NCBI RefSeq assembly: GCF_963921235.1
Contig: NC_086108.1
Location: 101,868,001 to 101,932,000, forward strand
From: Mobula hypostoma
Lineage: Eukaryota
Reading direction: 5' to 3'
Length of the DNA stretch: 64,000 nucleotides
Below the pieces are notes generated by a model. It worked only from the letters and a program-made list of their open reading frames with translations. It did no database searches and was not told the origin of the DNA. Of the stretch, positions 60,829 to 64,000 are shown piece by piece; within the stretch, counting starts at the first letter, position 1, and each line of letters begins with the position of its first letter. The position numbers and the translations under genes are program-made.

Positions 60829-61815
60829 TTAATCTGTATTCTCTGTACATTCGCGTCTGAATATTTGCAGCTTTTCCTTGTAGTTTGACACTCTGGTTCG
60901 AGTAGAGCGTCCTCGCCCCACTAACTGCCACGACTTCTGCCGAATCCTCTCCAGTAGCGACTCCGGTTGGGTGATAACTTTAATAGGTAGTCCCTGGTCC
61001 GCCAGGTCCAACATTGCCTCCTCCACCGTAGTGTAAGTTTTTGTCCCTTCGTCGTAAAAGACTCTCAGCCGAGCTGGATACAGGGTCTGGAATCTGATGT
61101 TGTTTTCCTTCAGGACTCTCCGTGTTTCCGTATATTCCTTCCGTCTGGCAAGAATCCCCGGTGCGTAGTCGTGGTCTAAACTGATTTTGCAGTTGTTCCA
61201 CATGAAACCTTTCTTTTGCCATGCTCTTTTAAGCACCTCTTCCTTCGTTCTGTAACTGAGAAATCTGATCAGAATCGATCTGGGCTGGGCGCCTGCCGGA
61301 GGCTGTGGTGCCAACGAGCAGTGAGCCCTTTCTATCTGTAGGTCTTTTGCGGCCGGTATATCAAGGTTCTCTCTAAGCAGCTTCTCCACGAAGGGAATCA
61401 TCAATCCTGGTTTACCTTCGGTTCCTTCGGGAACTCCGTAGATCCTCACATTTTCCCTTCTCGAGCGGCCTTCTTGATCTATTAGTTTCCACTGGAGCTG
61501 GTCTTGTAGCTTCAGCATTTCTGCTATCACTTCCTCGGCGTTTTGTAGCTTCTCTTCAATTCCAACAATCCTCACTTCGGCTTCATCTATCCGCGAGTTA
61601 GTTTTTACTATTTCTCCTTTAATATCTTCCAGCTGTTTGCTGTTATCTTGTCGGAACTCGCGAATCTCTCCGAGAATCAAAGACAGAGTCACCGATTCCC
61701 CCTCATTATCTCCGTCCTGGCTTGCCGTGGGGGAGCTAGGCCCGTCGCCTTGCTGCATCTCTTTATGTTTATCAGCCTTCGAAGCGGACTTTTTATTTTT
61801 GTTCTTAGACATCAT
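60829..61815 (-). CDS. L1 ORF1p, intact, 328 aa
   Basis: QEGRSRRENVRIYGVPEG, IERAH, PRSILIRF and YPARLRVF, with no stops. Confidence 0.9.
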   Translation of the reverse strand: MMSKNKNKKSASKADKHKEMQQGDGPSSPTASQDGDNEGESVTLSLILGEIREFRQDNSKQLEDIKGEIVKTNSRIDEAEVRIVGIEEKLQNAEEVIAEMLKLQDQLQWKLIDQEGRSRRENVRIYGVPEGTEGKPGLMIPFVEKLLRENLDIPAAKDLQIERAHCSLAPQPPAGAQPRSILIRFLSYRTKEEVLKRAWQKKGFMWNNCKISLDHDYAPGILARRKEYTETRRVLKENNIRFQTLYPARLRVFYDEGTKTYTTVEEAMLDLADQGLPIKVITQPESLLERIRQKSWQLVGRGRSTRTRVSNYKEKLQIFRRECTENTD

Positions 61816-61917
61816 CCTTGCCCCTTTTATTAATATAGTTATGCAATATATAGTATTTGTCTAAATTCGATTTTGGGGCAGTTTACCTTCTTTTTTGTCG
61901 AGAGACCTTTTCCTTAC

Positions 61918-61945
61918 GCCGCCATTCCCTTGATGACCCGGAAGT
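61918..61945 (-). promoter_or_regulatory. Candidate L1 internal promoter motifs (ETS-like ACTTCCGG and YY1-like AATGGCGGC)
   Basis: CCGGAAGT at 61938-61945 and GCCGCCATT at 61918-61926, within 35 nt of the L1 5' end. Confidence 0.45.
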
Positions 61946-61952
61946 CCCCGCT

Positions 61953-64000
61953 GAAAATGACTTTCTCAAAGACTTTGATGACTTGTTTTCTGGATTAGGA
62001 TGTTTACCAGGGAAACATCATATCCATATTGATCCAACTATTGCACCAGTCATGCATGCCCCGAGAAAGATTCCAGTAGCTCTCAGGGATCAAGTAGTGG
62101 AGGAGCTACACAGAATGGAACAGATGGGAGTCATAACAAGACAAATACAACTGACTGACTGGGTCAATAGTATGGTGACAGCGGTCACAGAAAAAAGACG
62201 AGGATTTGCATGGATCCACAAGATCTCAACCAAGCCATCAGAAGAGAGCACTATCCGCTGCTCACAGTTGAAGAGGTTGTCTCCCTTATGCCTAATGCGA
62301 AATCCTTTTCAGTATTAGACGCAAATCAAGGTTTCCGGCAGATCAAGCTGGATGAAGAAAGTTCCAAATTATGCACTTTCAACACGCCCATAGGGAGATA
62401 TCATTTCCTGCGTCTACCCTTTGGGATTTCTTCTGCATCAGAGGTATTCCAGAGATCCGTGGTACAAATGATTGAAGGCCTGGACGGGTTGGTCAACATC
62501 ATTGATGATTTGCTGATATGGGCTGACACAATTGAGGAACATGATCAGAGACTGAGGAAGCTCCTGGAGAGAGCACGTGAGTACAACCTAAAACTGAACA
62601 AAAGTAAATGTAAGATCAGAACTACAGAGATCACATACATAGGTCATGTACTCAGTGCTGATGGGATAAAACCAGATGTTGAAAAGGTCAGAGCTGTGGT
62701 ACAGCTACCACCACCCAAAGACAAACAAGAACTATTGAGGTTGATGGGCACGATACAGTATCTTGCCAAATTCATTCCCAACTTATCAGAGGTCAGCGCT
62801 CCACTCCGAAAGCTACTAGAGAGCAACACTGAATGGCATTGGGAAGATGCACAAAAGAAAAGTTTTGACACATTGAAGCAGTTGGTTACCAATGCACCAG
62901 TACTCAAGTTCTATGATGTCAATAAACCGGTGACGATGTCTGTGGATGCCAGTTCGGAAGGAATAGGAGCTGTTATACTGCAGGATGGGAGGCTTGTGGT
63001 GTATGGATCACGAGCACTTACAGACTGTCAATGCCGATATGCTCAAATTGAGAAGGTATTACTCACCATAGTTTATGGGTGTGAGAAGTTTCACCAATAT
63101 GTATATGGCAAAGACATCCAGGTTGATAGTGATCACGAACCACTTGAGAGCATCTTCAAAAAGCCACTCCACTAAGCTCCTATGAGGCTGCAAAGGATGC
63201 TTCTCAGGCTACAGAGGTACACTCTCACAATCACCTATAAGCCAGGAAAAGAACTGTACATTGCTGATGCTTTGAGCCGTGCTTACCTCAAAGAGCAAAA
63301 GGAAGAGTTGCTAGGAAGAGAGCTGGAGGTCAACCGGGTTACACCTCAGCTACCCATCTCTGAGGAGAAGTTGAACATGTTCAGGAAAGCGACTGCAGAT
63401 GATCCTGAAATGCAAATGCTAAGAGACATTACAATGAATGGATGACTAACAGAAAGAAAAGATGTTCCAAAGGAAATGCAGAAATACTGGACATTTAAAG
63501 AGGAAATCAGCTTTGCATCAGGACTAATGTTCAAAATGGCAAAACTCATCGTACCAATCCAAATGAGACAGGAGATGCTCAACAGAATTCATGAGTCACA
63601 CCCGGGGATAGTGAAATGTAAAGAAAGAGCAAGGGACATTCTCCATTGGCCAGGCATGTCAACTCAGATAGAAGACATTGTGTCTCAGTGTGTTGCCTGT
63701 AATGGAAACAAAACAACAATCCAAGTGAGCCTCTGCTTCCCCACCCACTACCAGGAAGACCATGGGAGAAGATTGGCACAGATCTCTTTCACTACAATGG
63801 TGCAGAATATCTGCTTTGTGTGGACTACTATTCAAAATATCCGGAGATCACCAAGTTAAGTGACACATCCAGTCAAGGTGTCATTACCGCAATGAAGTCG
63901 ACATTCGCAAGACATTCTCGTTAGTGACAATGGTCCACAATATGCCAGTGGTGAGTTCAAAGGGTTCTCAGAAAGCTGGGAATTTCAACATGTTACTTCC
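61953..64000 (+). pseudogene. Gypsy pol (RT, RNase H, integrase), disrupted
   Basis: DFDDLFSGLGCLPG, PRKIPVALR, ORF 62210-63175, RLQRMLLRLQRY, IHESHPGIVKCKERAR and PWEKIGTDLF. Confidence 0.92.

Larger units (their letters stand above)
56146..61952 (-). mobile_element. Full-length L1-clade LINE (5.8 kb) with 15-bp TSD and short poly(A)
   Basis: TSD GAAAATGACTTTCTC at 56131-56145 and 61953-61967. T8 at 56146-56153 with adjacent TTTATT. 5' end GGGGACTTCCGG. Confidence 0.97.
54748..64000 (+). mobile_element. Ty3/Gypsy LTR retrotransposon (gag-PR-RT-RH-INT), disrupted, split by an L1, running off the right edge
   Basis: Short 5' LTR ending TATTACA at 54902 and PBS at 54903. gag from ATG 54952 (GNLAENWK, LIRDRIVCGI, CCHC knuckle), protease FKLDTGA, RT LPFGISSASEVFQ and IIDDLLI, RNase H DASSEGIGAVI, integrase H-H-C-C and SDNGPQY. 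Confidence 0.95.

Noticed and set aside
1..64000. Prokaryotic RT-based or defence system (retron, DGR, CRISPR, group II intron)
   Set aside because: All RT motifs belong to eukaryotic CR1, L1, Rex1, Penelope or Gypsy elements, and there is no bacterial gene architecture.

Overview
Eukaryotic vertebrate genomic DNA, most likely a cartilaginous fish (inferred from the HE1-like V-SINE and CR1/HER1-type LINE repertoire). It is not prokaryotic: I see no operons, CRISPR arrays, rRNA or true tRNA genes. Most of the window is nested, decayed transposable elements: many CR1 LINEs (several with an SGNH-esterase ORF1), two full-span L1 LINEs with target-site duplications (TSDs), Rex1/Babar fragments, Penelope-like elements with hammerhead-ribozyme-like termini, a Ty3/Gypsy element split by an L1, a solo LTR, a hAT relic, a mariner MITE and tRNA-derived SINEs. 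The only host-gene sequence I recognise is the terminal coding exon of a CLCA (calcium-activated chloride channel regulator) gene on the minus strand at 41858-42138. Its in-frame TAG sits immediately before an intact transmembrane helix and cytoplasmic tail (41717-41857), which is the most interesting observation. Most of 42.1-64 kb is probably intron of that gene. Element boundaries without TSDs are approximate, and family names come from motif recognition, not database searches.
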